A DNA stretch of 20,000 bases. Origin: Enoplolaimus lenunculus (Eukaryota). Below are positions 1 through 15,029 of this stretch, piece by piece (the first letter of the stretch is position 1; the number at the start of each line of letters is the position of its first letter). A program made the translations under genes and the position numbers. The notes under the pieces are model-generated. The model saw nothing but the letters and a program-made list of their open reading frames with translations. It was not told the DNA's origin and ran no database searches. The stretch spans positions 671,819 to 691,818 of the forward strand of contig JASANG010000611.1 in the NCBI GenBank assembly GCA_030248215.1. The letters are read 5' to 3'.

Positions 1-54
1 TCAACGTTCGCTTCTATCGGAGATTGTAGCGAAAAGTCGCCACCAGTTGCTCCT

Positions 55-623
55 TCACTTGTGTCGTCCAAAGGTGACAACAAAGTTGTTGCTGATGTTG
101 CATCCACTTCCGGATTTGACATATGGTCTCTCAATCCCAGCCTTGGCGATATATATACGGGACACCACAGGCATTGGCGATAAAAGTGTTTCACGTTCTG
201 ATGAGGCAGCCAAACCTTGTTTGTTGCCAGAGTGAAGGTTTGCGACTTTCACAGTGCGATTGCTATTAATTGCGGTTGCAACAAATTGCGGATTGCATTC
301 TTCTGGAGTTTGCGATTGAGCTTGTATGCCAGATTTGTGGACAGTTGGCTGATCTGCTATCAGATTAGGTTGAGGATATAATCGACAATCGTTTTTCAAA
401 GATGGTTCGTCTGCAGTTTGTGATCGTAATCGAGGTTTCGAGTATTCACGCATTGAGCAGTTAAAATGAGAGAGGCGATCAGATGATAAATTAGAATTTT
501 CACAGCTGTAGATTGCAGGCGACACGTGTTTATCAAATCTTCCATGCTTTTCGCTTTGTTCTGGTATGTTTGAAATACTGAAACTAGTCGTTCTTGGTAT
601 TGTTGTTGACGTCATCGTTGTCG

Positions 624-687
<64 letters not shown>

Positions 688-2231
688 GGTTGTTGTTGTT
701 GTTCCTATTGTTGTTTCAGCTGGTGTAGCAATTGGCGGCACAACGTGATGTGAACTTAGATTGCTCATCGGAATTAGATGATTAATTCGAGTTGGTGTTT
801 GGCGAACTGTATATCGAGGTGCGTGCTGTGCTGTTCGTAAATAAGCAGGAGAAAATTGTTGAAATAAGCTTCGTTTGGATCGTCTTGATCTGCTTTGCGA
901 CTCAAAAGGCACTGTTGGCTGTTTGGAATGCATCGAAATGCTGTTTTCAATAGAATCTTGCTTAATACGGGTAGTATTACGGGAATGCAGCAATGTTGAA
1001 TGATAGCAAGTACACGAGCAATACTTAGAGCTTTGACGAACAGGTTCGGTCCGTTTTGATTTCTGAAGGTGTGTCCAAATTGAGTAACTGCCAGACCCGA
1101 CAGATTCAGTGGGCGAATATTCTTGAAGCGATGGAAAATCGTAATAAGGTTGCAGAGGTCGCCTGTGTTGCGCTGTTGTTGAGCACGGTTGATTAGCGTC
1201 TTCACTGGCTAAAGCAGACGTGGCTGATGGTTGTACTTTGGCTGTGGACGTACGACGTGATGTCACTAATAGATCTGAAATCTTTCGTTTATAAGGCACA
1301 TGTTGAGTTGTTTTTAGTGGCTTTGACACATCGCTTTTTAGAATTAGACAAGGCTCGGATGTTTCCTGAGCGGGACGGATGGTTAATTCAGCGCAGCTGC
1401 TGTGCAGCGCAAACTCTGGCGATACGTCAGCGTTCGGGCTGCAACTTCCGGAACCAGTGCCAGATACAAGACTTCCGTTTACTATGCGCTGATACTTGCT
1501 ATCCAGCAGCGATTTAGCTTTAAGTCGTTTGGATCCAGTTTTAATTTCAATTACTCTGTTGCGCAAGTCGTCACGAGTGGTAGGCGCAAGGCACTCTTCC
1601 CCTTCCTCATCGCTGTGATAGCCCCCGCCGGATGTACCCGATAACGGTCCTGCGCTCCCCGCTCCTTGTCCACCGACACCGCCGCTGCTATGATTTTCGA
1701 ATCGAATGAGCCCTTGCGCAACTAGCAGCCGTGCTTCTTTCTCGTCGCGCCGTTCATCAGCAGTATTCATCGTTAAAAATCTCAACACCAACAAATTCAT
1801 ACTTGCAGACATGACTGTCAACCCGAACAGGATAAAAATTAAACTAAATGCTACATATTGTGGATTTGCAGTCAAGGCGCCCTTACGCTGAAGTGCAACA
1901 AAATCACCGAATCCAATTGTTGTGAGCGTTATAAAACAATAATAAACCGAATCAAAATAACTCCATCCTTCGTATTTGTGGAACGCATACGCGCCTGCTG
2001 AAACGACTAGAACGCCGACAGAATTTGCCACAACAATCAGATGAGTTTGAGAAGTTTCTGTCGCCGGATGCCCCAGGCAACGACGTCCAGTGCGTAAAAC
2101 AAACGCGACAAATGTGTTTAATCGTTCGCCAATACTTTGAAACATTACAAGTCCGAGCGGAATTCCGGCCAACGCGTACAGCATACAAAACGTTTTGCCA
2201 CCGACAGTGGACGGCGTTGAATGCCCGTACC
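55..2231 (-). CDS. sup-9: TASK-family K2P potassium channel, coding exon 2 (filter 1, M2, M3, P2, M4, long C-tail)
   Basis: Acceptor TTTGATTTCTAG|GGTACGGGCAT restores GYGHSTPSTVGGKTFCMLYALAGIPLGLVMFQSIGERLN in frame with the 709-aa ORF. Second pore motif TTIGFGD, and VLRFLT at residues 243-248 as in TASK channels. TGA at 55-57. The exact C-terminus is less certain (see findings). Confidence 0.92.
616..702 (-). repeat. (ACA)n coding microsatellite, 29 Thr codons
   Basis: 87 nt of mostly GTT repeats on the + strand, in frame within the channel C-tail. Confidence 0.97.
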
Positions 2232-2905
2232 CTAGAAATCAAAGATACCCAAAGGCGGATTATGGCCCATCAAGGCGACACCGATATGTATATACTGCGA
2301 ACTTTAAAGCCATAATATAAAAATATATTTCTCTATTTAATCCTTCAATTTTGGGAACACTAGGCATTTTCTCCTGTAGATTTACGGACCCTGAGACCGT
2401 AGCCTCGCAGGCGTCGGTTATAATTCGCGAAAAACGTTTTTCATTTGCTTACCCCTGCGCCAGTGTTAATTTGAAACAAGTCAATTGTCTTCCTATCCCA
2501 CAATACTGTTTATTATTCTTATCAGAATAACCTTAAGAACAAGCTGAAGCTAAAAGGAAAATATCAAAACCTATTTTAGTAATAATTCAGGCATGAAAAG
2601 TGGGCGGCGGCTTTTATGTGGCGGCAAGTGAACATATGCCAAATTGAAAGTACACTGTCCAATAGTATGAAAACACTCGAAATTGTGATATTTAAAATAA
2701 TCATTTAATGCAACTCGCGTCGCGTTAACAGGCAGGTGGGAACAGGGGTAACAGAGATGTCAATGGACACATCTAGGGAAATTGGGGCGTCACTGACCGC
2801 CCCAAAAATGCAAAGAATGCGCTGGTTTCTTGCTCACTTCGCTCGCAATAGTTTTGAAGACAACTTTGTCCTAAAGCTTTTGAGCTTTAGTTGGATAGCA
2901 AAAAA

Positions 2906-2978
2906 CATGCCTTATCTTAGTTGATGTCCCATGCCTTTTCTGGGATGATGTCTTATGCCTTTTGTGGTTTGATGTCCC
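2906..2978. repeat. Three degenerate 24-bp tandem units in the intron
   Basis: CATGCCTTATCTTAGTTGATGTCC / CATGCCTTTTCTGGGATGATGTCT / TATGCCTTTTGTGGTTTGATGTCC. Confidence 0.7.
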
Positions 2979-3404
2979 TCTGTTTTGAGTTTAGCTGTTA
3001 CGCAGCAGTTTGACACCCCTAGAGAGTAAAATCGTTACCACGTCTCTGAGCCGAAAATTAAAAAAACGAAAATTTGACTTATTTTTAAAGCACTGTGAAA
3101 TGTATTTATTTTTGGCAAGAGCTGATGCCAGAACAGTCGGTCTCGGGTTACAAGTTTTACAGTTGTGTTATTTGATGAGTAAACTCTAACAAGATTTGCT
3201 CGTTGATCAATCAGTCATTGATCTTTGTTGGGTAGCAGGAAGCTTACAGCGATATAAAAGAAAAAAATCGTAAAGTAAGTTGAATTGAAAAAAACTAAAT
3301 TTATGTTTCACATTTTGTTGAAAAAGAAATTAAGCCCAAGTATCACGACAATTCGCCGACTGACAACTTGTCGACTGACACTCGCCCATCTAATCTTAAA
3401 CCTA

Positions 3405-3839
<435 letters not shown>

Positions 3840-5156
3840 TCATATGTAGTTGCTTGCGGCTGTTTTGATGATGTTGTAGCACATTTGCCCATTCGAACAA
3901 GTTTGACTATCTATACACAAGATGACTCTCATACAGGATAAAGTACCCAGTCTCCCTGACCCTTTCGGAAGCTGCTTGTTGCGAAAATTGTTAGTTTAAT
4001 AGGTGAAGTTAAATTCATTTACACATAGAACAGTTAACAATGAGTTCTATGAGAACAAACAATCCAAGTTTCACAATTTTAGTTTTGAGTTGGACATGTT
4101 GAAAAATAGGTCGGCAGGTTTCAAATGAAATTATAAGTTATGGCAATTTTGTTCTTCATTTGCTGATTAAATGCTGAAACAAAATGTTTGTACTGTTATG
4201 GTGCGTTTAACACGATTGTTTTGTGAGTATTTCGAGGAAAATTATTTCGTTTGCTATGTGTTGTTTTCACCAAAAACCAAAAATAAAACTTTATCAGAAA
4301 CGTTTTTTGAAATTTTAAGCAACATCAATCAGAAAACGTTTTTTGTAAGTGGACAAACGCTGAAATGAATCGCTTGTTTAGCAAAAACGCGTCTATCAAA
4401 ACTTGAAAACGGTTTTGTTTCTGGCACTATTTTCGGTTCAATTATTTCTGGAAAAAATTTCAGCGACAAGAGCTAAAACGACGCGCGCCACAGCGCGTTG
4501 AATCAAGGTCATTCTTCACATGACACTCATAACAGCAGCGGACACTGAGTATACTATTAACACAACAAAAAACGAACACACAGTAGTATCATAGCAGATG
4601 TACTGGTAAAAAATACTTAGCCATATATCTTAGGCTGACTTTGCAGTGTTTAATATAAAATAGACTTTTCGATGCTGGCAAGAGCTATATTATACATTCT
4701 CGATCTAATTTAGAAATGAAGTTTTACTTCTAAAAGCCGTTCTATAAAATAATGTTGTGAAATTAATTTGATTTTCTCAAAAAAATAAGTCTGCGTTGAC
4801 TACACACTTCAGCTTAAATAAGTCGCAACTAAAATTCTCCCATACCAACGTCGTATTTGTACATTCGAAGTTAATTTCCTTTAGACTCTTCTGATTAAAA
4901 AAGTTTATTTAAACATCGGTTCATAAACCTATAAAGTTTGCAGTTGACCTTTTGCAACTTATCTTTATGCCATACTCACGTTGGACTAATTGCAACAATA
5001 CGTCAAAAACAAAGGCAACGGCAGGCTTGAAGCCTAGAAGACCAAATATGCTATCGGTCGTCAAATTACAATTCTGATTATGTTATTATAGAAATAATAA
5101 TTTAAATGTCAAACAATTTGTGTTCACTATTTTCTATTTCATCAGACACTTATTTT

Positions 5157-5255
5157 CAAGCTTGGATTTGAATCATGCCACTTGTACATCGGGCGGGATA
5201 CGTGTACCATCCCGTCACCACTAAACTGTAACGCTTATGTCCAAATCCAAGCATG
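5157..5255. mobile_element. Small TIR-bounded MITE-like element (~99 bp)
   Basis: CAAGCTTGGATTTGAA vs reverse complement of the right end CATGCTTGGATTTGGA (14/16), plus an internal CGGGAT..ATCCCG hairpin. No clear TSD. Confidence 0.4.
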
Positions 5256-5327
5256 TCCTCAAGTTTTGTAGGGATTTTGTAAAACACATATGTGCGTTAA
5301 ATGTTAAACATTATAATATGCATTGTT

Positions 5328-5775
5328 CTGTAGTGACCCGAATAAGAGGGGGGGACTGATATTTATTTGGCCCCTCCAGAGGATAGCCCTATTGTTATTC
5401 GGTTACGGACTGTTATTTATTTTTAACCCAAGCTCCTCCGCCTTTCGTTACTGACATATATCCTTTACTGCAATTATCCGTTGAATTAAACGTTTATTTG
5501 TCTTGTGTCAATAACTTGAACGATATTGCAAGGTTATACTTTGGAATGTACTTTCAAAGCTTAAGTACGCTTTAAAGTTTCGAACTCAAATTATTTGGTC
5601 CTGGAGACATTTATGCGCTACAATTAGGGTTAATTGACATTTATGGACTCTAATTAGGGTTTAGGGACTCTATCCGCTTACTGACTCTTATTAGGGATAC
5701 GGACTCATATTGATTTGGACTCAAAATGGGGACCCCCTCTTATTACCCCCCCACCTCTTATTCGGGTCAATACAG
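5328..5775. mobile_element. Non-autonomous DNA transposon (MITE), Tc1/mariner/pogo-like
   Basis: 22-bp TIR CTGTA(G/T)TGACCCGAATAAGAGG, 21/22 match. TA on the right flank, TT on the left. Related to 18915..19333. Confidence 0.8.
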
Positions 5776-6039
5776 TACCACGACTCATACACTTAAGAGC
5801 CGTGCTATAGCCGCTGTGCCTTTCGGGTTTATAACTCTTGGGCACACTTGTGGTACTGTTAATGCACTAGTTAGTCAGATTCAAAAACCAAAGTTTGTTT
5901 TGGGGGCCCATGTATACTTGGCTGCTGTCCCAAAATCCCACCGTCCTAGCTAAAAAATTGGAATCTCTTCTTTGTGGTGGGATTTTGGGATTTTGTGATT
6001 TTGTGATTTCAAAAGAATTCATTGCAAGCAATTCCTTTG

Positions 6040-6727
6040 GCTTAGTCTTAGGCTTTAGGTTTAGGATTACGCAACGCTTTGGCTCAAAATTAGGTCTAGG
6101 AATTGGCAAGGCTTAATCTTGGGCTTAGGGTTTGGCAAGATTCCGTGGCTTAGGCTTAGGCTTAAGCTGAGGTTTAGACTTCTTAAGGCATGGGTTTAGG
6201 CTTAGGCTTAAGGCATGCGTTTAGGCTTACGCGGAGGCTTAAGAAATAGCCTTTAGTAAAACATAGATTAAATCTTAAATGACCCTCAGGCTGAAATCTT
6301 GGACTTAGGCTTAGGCTCAGGCTTAGTCATACGCTTGACCTTAGGCTTACGATTTTGCAGCAGGTTTAGTCTTTGGTTAAGCATAGATTAGACCGTAAAC
6401 GACATAGGCTTACGCCTTAAAAAGGCTTCTTTTAAACCTAGATTAGTTCCTAAACGACCCATGCGAGAAATCTAAGCCTCAGGCGTAGGCTTAGGCTTAG
6501 GCTTGAGCTTAGGTTTAGGCTTACGCTTCGGCTTCAGGAGCATCCCACCTTCGACATACCCCGAAATCCTAATCCTATTACGCTTGGCTTATGCTTGGGT
6601 TTGTTTAGGCTTATGCTTCAGGAGCAGTCTTTGGTTTAATTATAGATTAGATCTTAAATGACCCTTGGACTAAACCATACACTTAGGCTTAGGCTTAAGC
6701 TTGGGCTAAGGTTTAGGGCTAGGCTTT
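6040..6727 (+). repeat. Degenerate telomere-like (TTAGGC)n array with higher-order units
   Basis: Many TTAGGC/TTAGGT/TTAAGC hexamers (e.g. 6487-6522), interspersed with a recurring TAGATTARATCTTAAAYGACCC-like motif near 6265, 6384, 6439 and 6643. Confidence 0.85.
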
Positions 6728-6735
6728 AGGGAGCA

Positions 6736-6854
6736 CCCCACCTTCGACCATATTCCGAAATCCCAAAATCCCACCTTCGACCATATCCCGAAATTCCGAA
6801 TTCCCAAAGTCCCACCTTCGACCATATCCAGAAATCACAAAATCCCAAAATTCC
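6736..6854 (+). repeat. CCCACCTTCGACCATA..GAAATCCCAAAAT minisatellite (3 units, plus a fourth near 6545)
   Basis: Units start near 6736, 6770 and 6811. The inverse motif GGTGGGATTTTGGGATTTTGTGATTT occurs at 5976-6010. Confidence 0.8.
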
Positions 6855-7946
6855 AGGAACACCTCCATTAGTATATAATAAAAACATAATCAGAATTGTA
6901 ATTTGACGACCGATAGCATATTTGGTCTTCTAGGCTTCAAGCCTGCGTTCCTTTGTTTTGACGTATTGTTGCAATTAGTCCAACGTGAGTATGGCATAAA
7001 GATAAGTTGCAAAAGGTCAACTAAACTTATAGGTTTAGAACCGATTTAAATAAACAACAGAAGAGTCTAAGGAAATTAACTCGAATGTACAAATACGAGT
7101 TGGTATGGGAGAATTTTAGTTGCGACTATAAGCTAAGTGTTAGTCAACCAGATTTTTGAGAAATCAATTATTAAACATTATAAAACGGTAAAGAAACTCA
7201 CTATAGATCGAGAATGTATAATATAGCCTCAGATCGAAAAGTTATTTTATATAAACACTGCAAAGTCAGCCTAAGATATATGGCTAAGTATTTTTTACCA
7301 GTACATCTGCTATGATACTACTGTGTGTTCGTTTTTTGTGTGTTAATAGTATACCATCCGCTCTTTATGAGGCAGTGAAGAATGACCTATTCAACGCGTC
7401 GCCGTTTACCCAAATTTTCCAGAAATAGAACGAAATCCAAAACAAAACCTTTCAAGTTTTATAGACGCGTTTTGCTAACACGTCATTTCACTCCATTACA
7501 AACTTTTCTATTGATGTTGCTTAAATTCAGTTTATAAAGTTTTATTTTTGTTTTTTGAAAACAACACATAGCAAACGAAATAATTTTCCTCAAATACTCA
7601 CAAAACAATCTTAAACGAACAACAACATGTTCAGCATTTAATCAGCAAATGAAGAACAAAATTGCCATAATATAATTCATGAAACCTGCCACTATTTTTC
7701 AACATGTCCAACTCAAAACTAAAATTGTGAAACTTATTGTTTGTTCTCATAGAACTCATTGTTAACTGTTCTATGTGTAAATGAATTAACTTCACTATAA
7801 ACTAACAATTTTCCAACAAGCAGCTTCAAAGTCAGGGAGATGGTACTTTATCCTTATAGAGTCATCTTGTATAATAGTCAAACTTGTTCGAATGGGCAAA
7901 TGTGCTACAACATCATCAAAACACCAAGCAACTACATATGAAGGGT

Positions 7947-11473
<3,527 letters not shown>

Positions 11474-12120
11474 AGGAGCAACTGGTGGCGACTTTTCGCT
11501 ACAATCTCCGATAGAAGCGAACGTTGAATTGCATCGTTCGTCATCCTCGATATCATCATCACAAGAGGAGGAACAAGACATGTTGATGGTATGAAAATGT
11601 AGTCGACCGACACAACAAGGAATTGTCAGTATAGATGAGGCAAAACAATTTTTTAAGATTAAGCGTAAATGTGAGAACGAAGGATTATAACTGCTGAAGA
11701 ACGTTTGTATGTATAATTTTATAGAAGCGACGACCATCCGCTGCTCAAGAGCTGAAATTCCTGGCAGTGCCACTGGCTATAAAAAACTTAGAAATTCACT
11801 CTCAAAATGGATGATTTTTCAAAGAATAAACAGGCAGGATTAATTGCGTTTTGAATTATACGCAGTAATTTTGAATATTATAAATCTGATTTAGATAGAC
11901 TTGTTTGCAGTTTATACAATTTGTAAAGTCGTGCAGTATATTAAACATTATCAGGATTGTTCGGTTCTAACAAAGACGTTGTTTTTATAAAATTGATGAT
12001 TTTAAAGTAAAACAATAAACATAAAGTTATCAGCTAAGCACTAGCTTACTCTCGTAAGGATTTTTACTCCATATTGCAATTTATATATGCCCAGCATTTA
12101 ACTAGCGCTACCGAGTCTAA

Positions 12121-12276
12121 GGGTTGTGTCTATACTTGACGTCCGGAGCCGGCCGGCGCCGTTCGTCACCATACGTTGTCGCACGTGAGTTATTTTCGTA
12201 CGATCCCGCACGGTAACGGACGGCGCCATACGAGTGACGGACGGCACCGGACGTGAAAGAAAGTAGAGCGCAACCC
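12121..12276. mobile_element. GC-rich palindromic MITE-like element
   Basis: Nested inverted repeats: GGGTTG../..CAACCC, ACGTCCGGAGCCGGCCG vs CGGACGGCACCGGACGT (15/17), GGCGCCGTTCGTCACC vs GGTAACGGACGGCGCC (14/16). A GC island in AT-rich flanks. Confidence 0.6.
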
Positions 12277-12668
12277 CAGCTCCTAGGTTTAGCATTATAT
12301 TGCCCTCGTTTAAAACCACGTTGAAGTTCAAAATATTCGCTGTGTACAAACAACACTGATTTTTCTTTTTTAAGCGTTTATAGCGTCTACTCCAATTCCT
12401 GACGCAGTAACATTGAGCAATGAAGTATGACCGGTATCATATGCACAACTAAAACGAATGAAATGCACAAAACAAAGATGGTGCGTGTGCTTGTCGTTTG
12501 GCGTCCGAAGTTAAAAAAATTTTGTTTATAAATTGTTATGCGGTTCCATTTGGTATTTCACGTGCGTTGAGGCGTCTGATATTACAACAGTTAAAAAGTT
12601 TTGCGTCATTGTACGCTATTTGAAGATACAATGCTCGAGATGTAGCATATCGTGACAACATACATACA

Positions 12669-13210
12669 TCAGGGTGGAACCGGATATTCGTTTCCGTTTC
12701 CGTTTCCTGTGAAAATCGGTGTCCGTTTCCGTTTTCATCATAGAAATAACGGAAAATATGTTTATTTTTTACGTTAAGATATCTCCCAATTTTTTGTTAC
12801 AGATATGCTGCAATTGTTCGAAATGAAATAAAAATTATGAAATTTATTTAAGATTTTAAAAATTTCGATGCATCCGCCGTTTTTCCTTTAAAATTTTTGA
12901 AAGACCGGTGAATTTATGCGCGCCTCAATTGTATTCGCAGAAAAATATAACTCTTTTTGAAATGTTTATACTTCGCTATCCGTCTTCCGTTTCCGTTAAT
13001 GTTATTTTGATCACTAGCCGTTTCAGTTTTTGTTTCCGCTATTTTTACTATGAGATTATACCATGATATGCATGGTTCGGGTAAAATGGCAGTTTTTCCA
13101 TGCATAACACCGCATGCAACAATATTAAATTAAACAGGCAAGCTTATGACAGAAAGTAGAAACAGAAAACAGAAATTAAAATAACGAAAACAGAAACTAA
13201 AATCGGATAT
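12669..13210. repeat. Degenerate (GTTTCC)n / (AAACAG)n-rich repeat remnant
   Basis: CGTTTCC-type runs at 12689-12736 and 12979-13040, with oppositely oriented GAAACA/GAAAAC runs at 13150-13205. Confidence 0.4.
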
Positions 13211-14744
13211 TGAAGTGAACAAGCTTCAAAGATGTTTTATTTCTCTGCCAAAATAGTTGAGGCATGCAAACACTCATTTGGACGTTTGAAATTTTAAAGC
13301 AACATATTGGATGCATTTAAATATTTAGCAGATTTTGGATGAATTTCATTAATCTTTTTTCGAATCAAATAATTACATCATTTCTTTAATGAAAAATTTG
13401 TAATTTCTGCGTGATTTACAACTATATCTGCGTATTAAATTGACGCTATTTCCGGCACTGTATAACGAAAACGAAATCGAGATCCAATTTTCGACGCAAA
13501 CGTATACACGATAGCATCCTGATTAACGTCATTTGTTCCGGGATGTTCCATTCTTTCAATAAAAACAGAATACAAATTATTCAACGAAGGGTTGTATCAC
13601 CTCCGGGTTTGAATATTATAATTTTGCAATTATCATGCCTTTCGTACCATGCATTCCTTTTCACTTACTCAGATTTTGGCTTCGCGTAGGAGGAGCAAGC
13701 AATGCTTGCAGCGCCAAATCAGACAGACAACCATTAAATTGTTACTAGATGTGGCAGAAAGGTTTATATACAGGTTGGTCGGTGGAGCAAAAAAATTATA
13801 TTAACATGGAATCCAATTAATGCAGTTGATATATGTTTCGGCCAGATTGTGCGAAGACATTCGCACGGAAAAGGCGAACTGTCCCGTAGTTATAGGCATA
13901 CGCTGAATCTGTTTGTGGAACGCTTCTTTAGAGCTATTTGCGTCACAGAATTCTGAAAGCTTAATATTTATTGGCGTACACGAGTATCTAATGAAAATAT
14001 TAATAAATTATTCGGCAGAACTGTATACGTAATTGGTGCTTGTGTTTGAAGCCAAATACAAGATCAGTAAAGCAGTAGATGTTAAGGAATTGGCTAAACG
14101 AACGGTGATAGATGGTAACGCAGACGGGAACAGACGCGACGTACGGCAACATATGATATTAAAATTTTGAAACGCTTTGGCCTAATTTTTGCACGGGCTT
14201 AAATTGGCGTTTGGTTTCACCGGTATTCGCAGTGATTAATGCTAAATTTTTGCTGAAAATTAGCATTAATTTTTCAGTTGGTAGGTGGGGCCTAAACTTT
14301 GTTAACAAAACTTGAGTATCGCTCAAGCATTGTATACTACAAGTGCTAGATTATATTAGCAACAAATCGTTATTTTTGTTAGCGTTGCATTATTAATGCT
14401 AAAGACACGCTCAACGTCGCTAAAATAAATTTTGAAATTGCGTGTCTATGTCTCAAAGCTTAAATTATGGTAGTCAGTTAATGTTTTATCAAATTTTCTG
14501 GCAACTTTCCTGTCAAACTGCCCGACTGAAATGCCACTTTACATACAAGAACACTGAAAACCGTGTGAACCACACATTTCAAACGCCCCCATTGTGAGTT
14601 GTTGCTTCCTGAAGTTTTCTGTGTAAAATATCCGTAATTTTAGCAAAAAATGTGGAACTCCTAAAATTTAAGTTCGTTGCAACTGTCACAGATTAAATCA
14701 TATATTTATTAATATTAAGCTTTGTATTAAGCCGTGGTCATCTT

Positions 14745-15029
14745 CAATGGTGGTGATATGCGGGCACTCCCCATCTTCTTCCTATTGGTCCAGCCAACGA
14801 AATTTTTTTCTAATTAATTTGTAAGTTTTGGATCTTTTTTCTGAAAAAATATTAAAAAAACTTACTTTTCGCTTAAACAAGGTTTTTGCTGCCATTTTCA
14901 GCGTGTAGTCAATCGTTTTTCAAACGTACCCCTGTGAAAAAATAGGCTAATTGCACAATACTGTACAACGCTTATTATATACAGCTTGGGAATGCGCCCT
15001 TCCTTAGGTTCTGCATATCACCGCCCCTG
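14745..15029. mobile_element. Degenerate MITE-like element
   Basis: CAATGGTGGTGATATGC vs reverse complement of the right end CAGGGGCGGTGATATGC (14/17). No TSD seen. Confidence 0.45.

Noticed and set aside
566..748. Poly-Val ORF (also 10780..10962)
   Set aside because: Antisense reading of the ACA microsatellite.
2736..2924. 62-aa intronic ORF identical in both arms (8654..8869)
   Set aside because: Starts at GTG, has no recognisable domain, and the identity only reflects the duplication.
6040..6727. True telomere or telomere-telomere fusion
   Set aside because: Repeats are highly degenerate, in one orientation only and interleaved with complex motifs. There is no head-to-head TTAGGC/GCCTAA junction.
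14033..14201. About 55-codon stop-free stretch (FEAKYKISKAVDVKELAKRT..)
   Set aside because: No recognisable homology and no convincing splice sites or start.
14235..14270. Short AT-rich palindrome ATTAATGCTAA..TTAGCATTAAT
   Set aside because: Real but short and AT-rich, with no context supporting a function.
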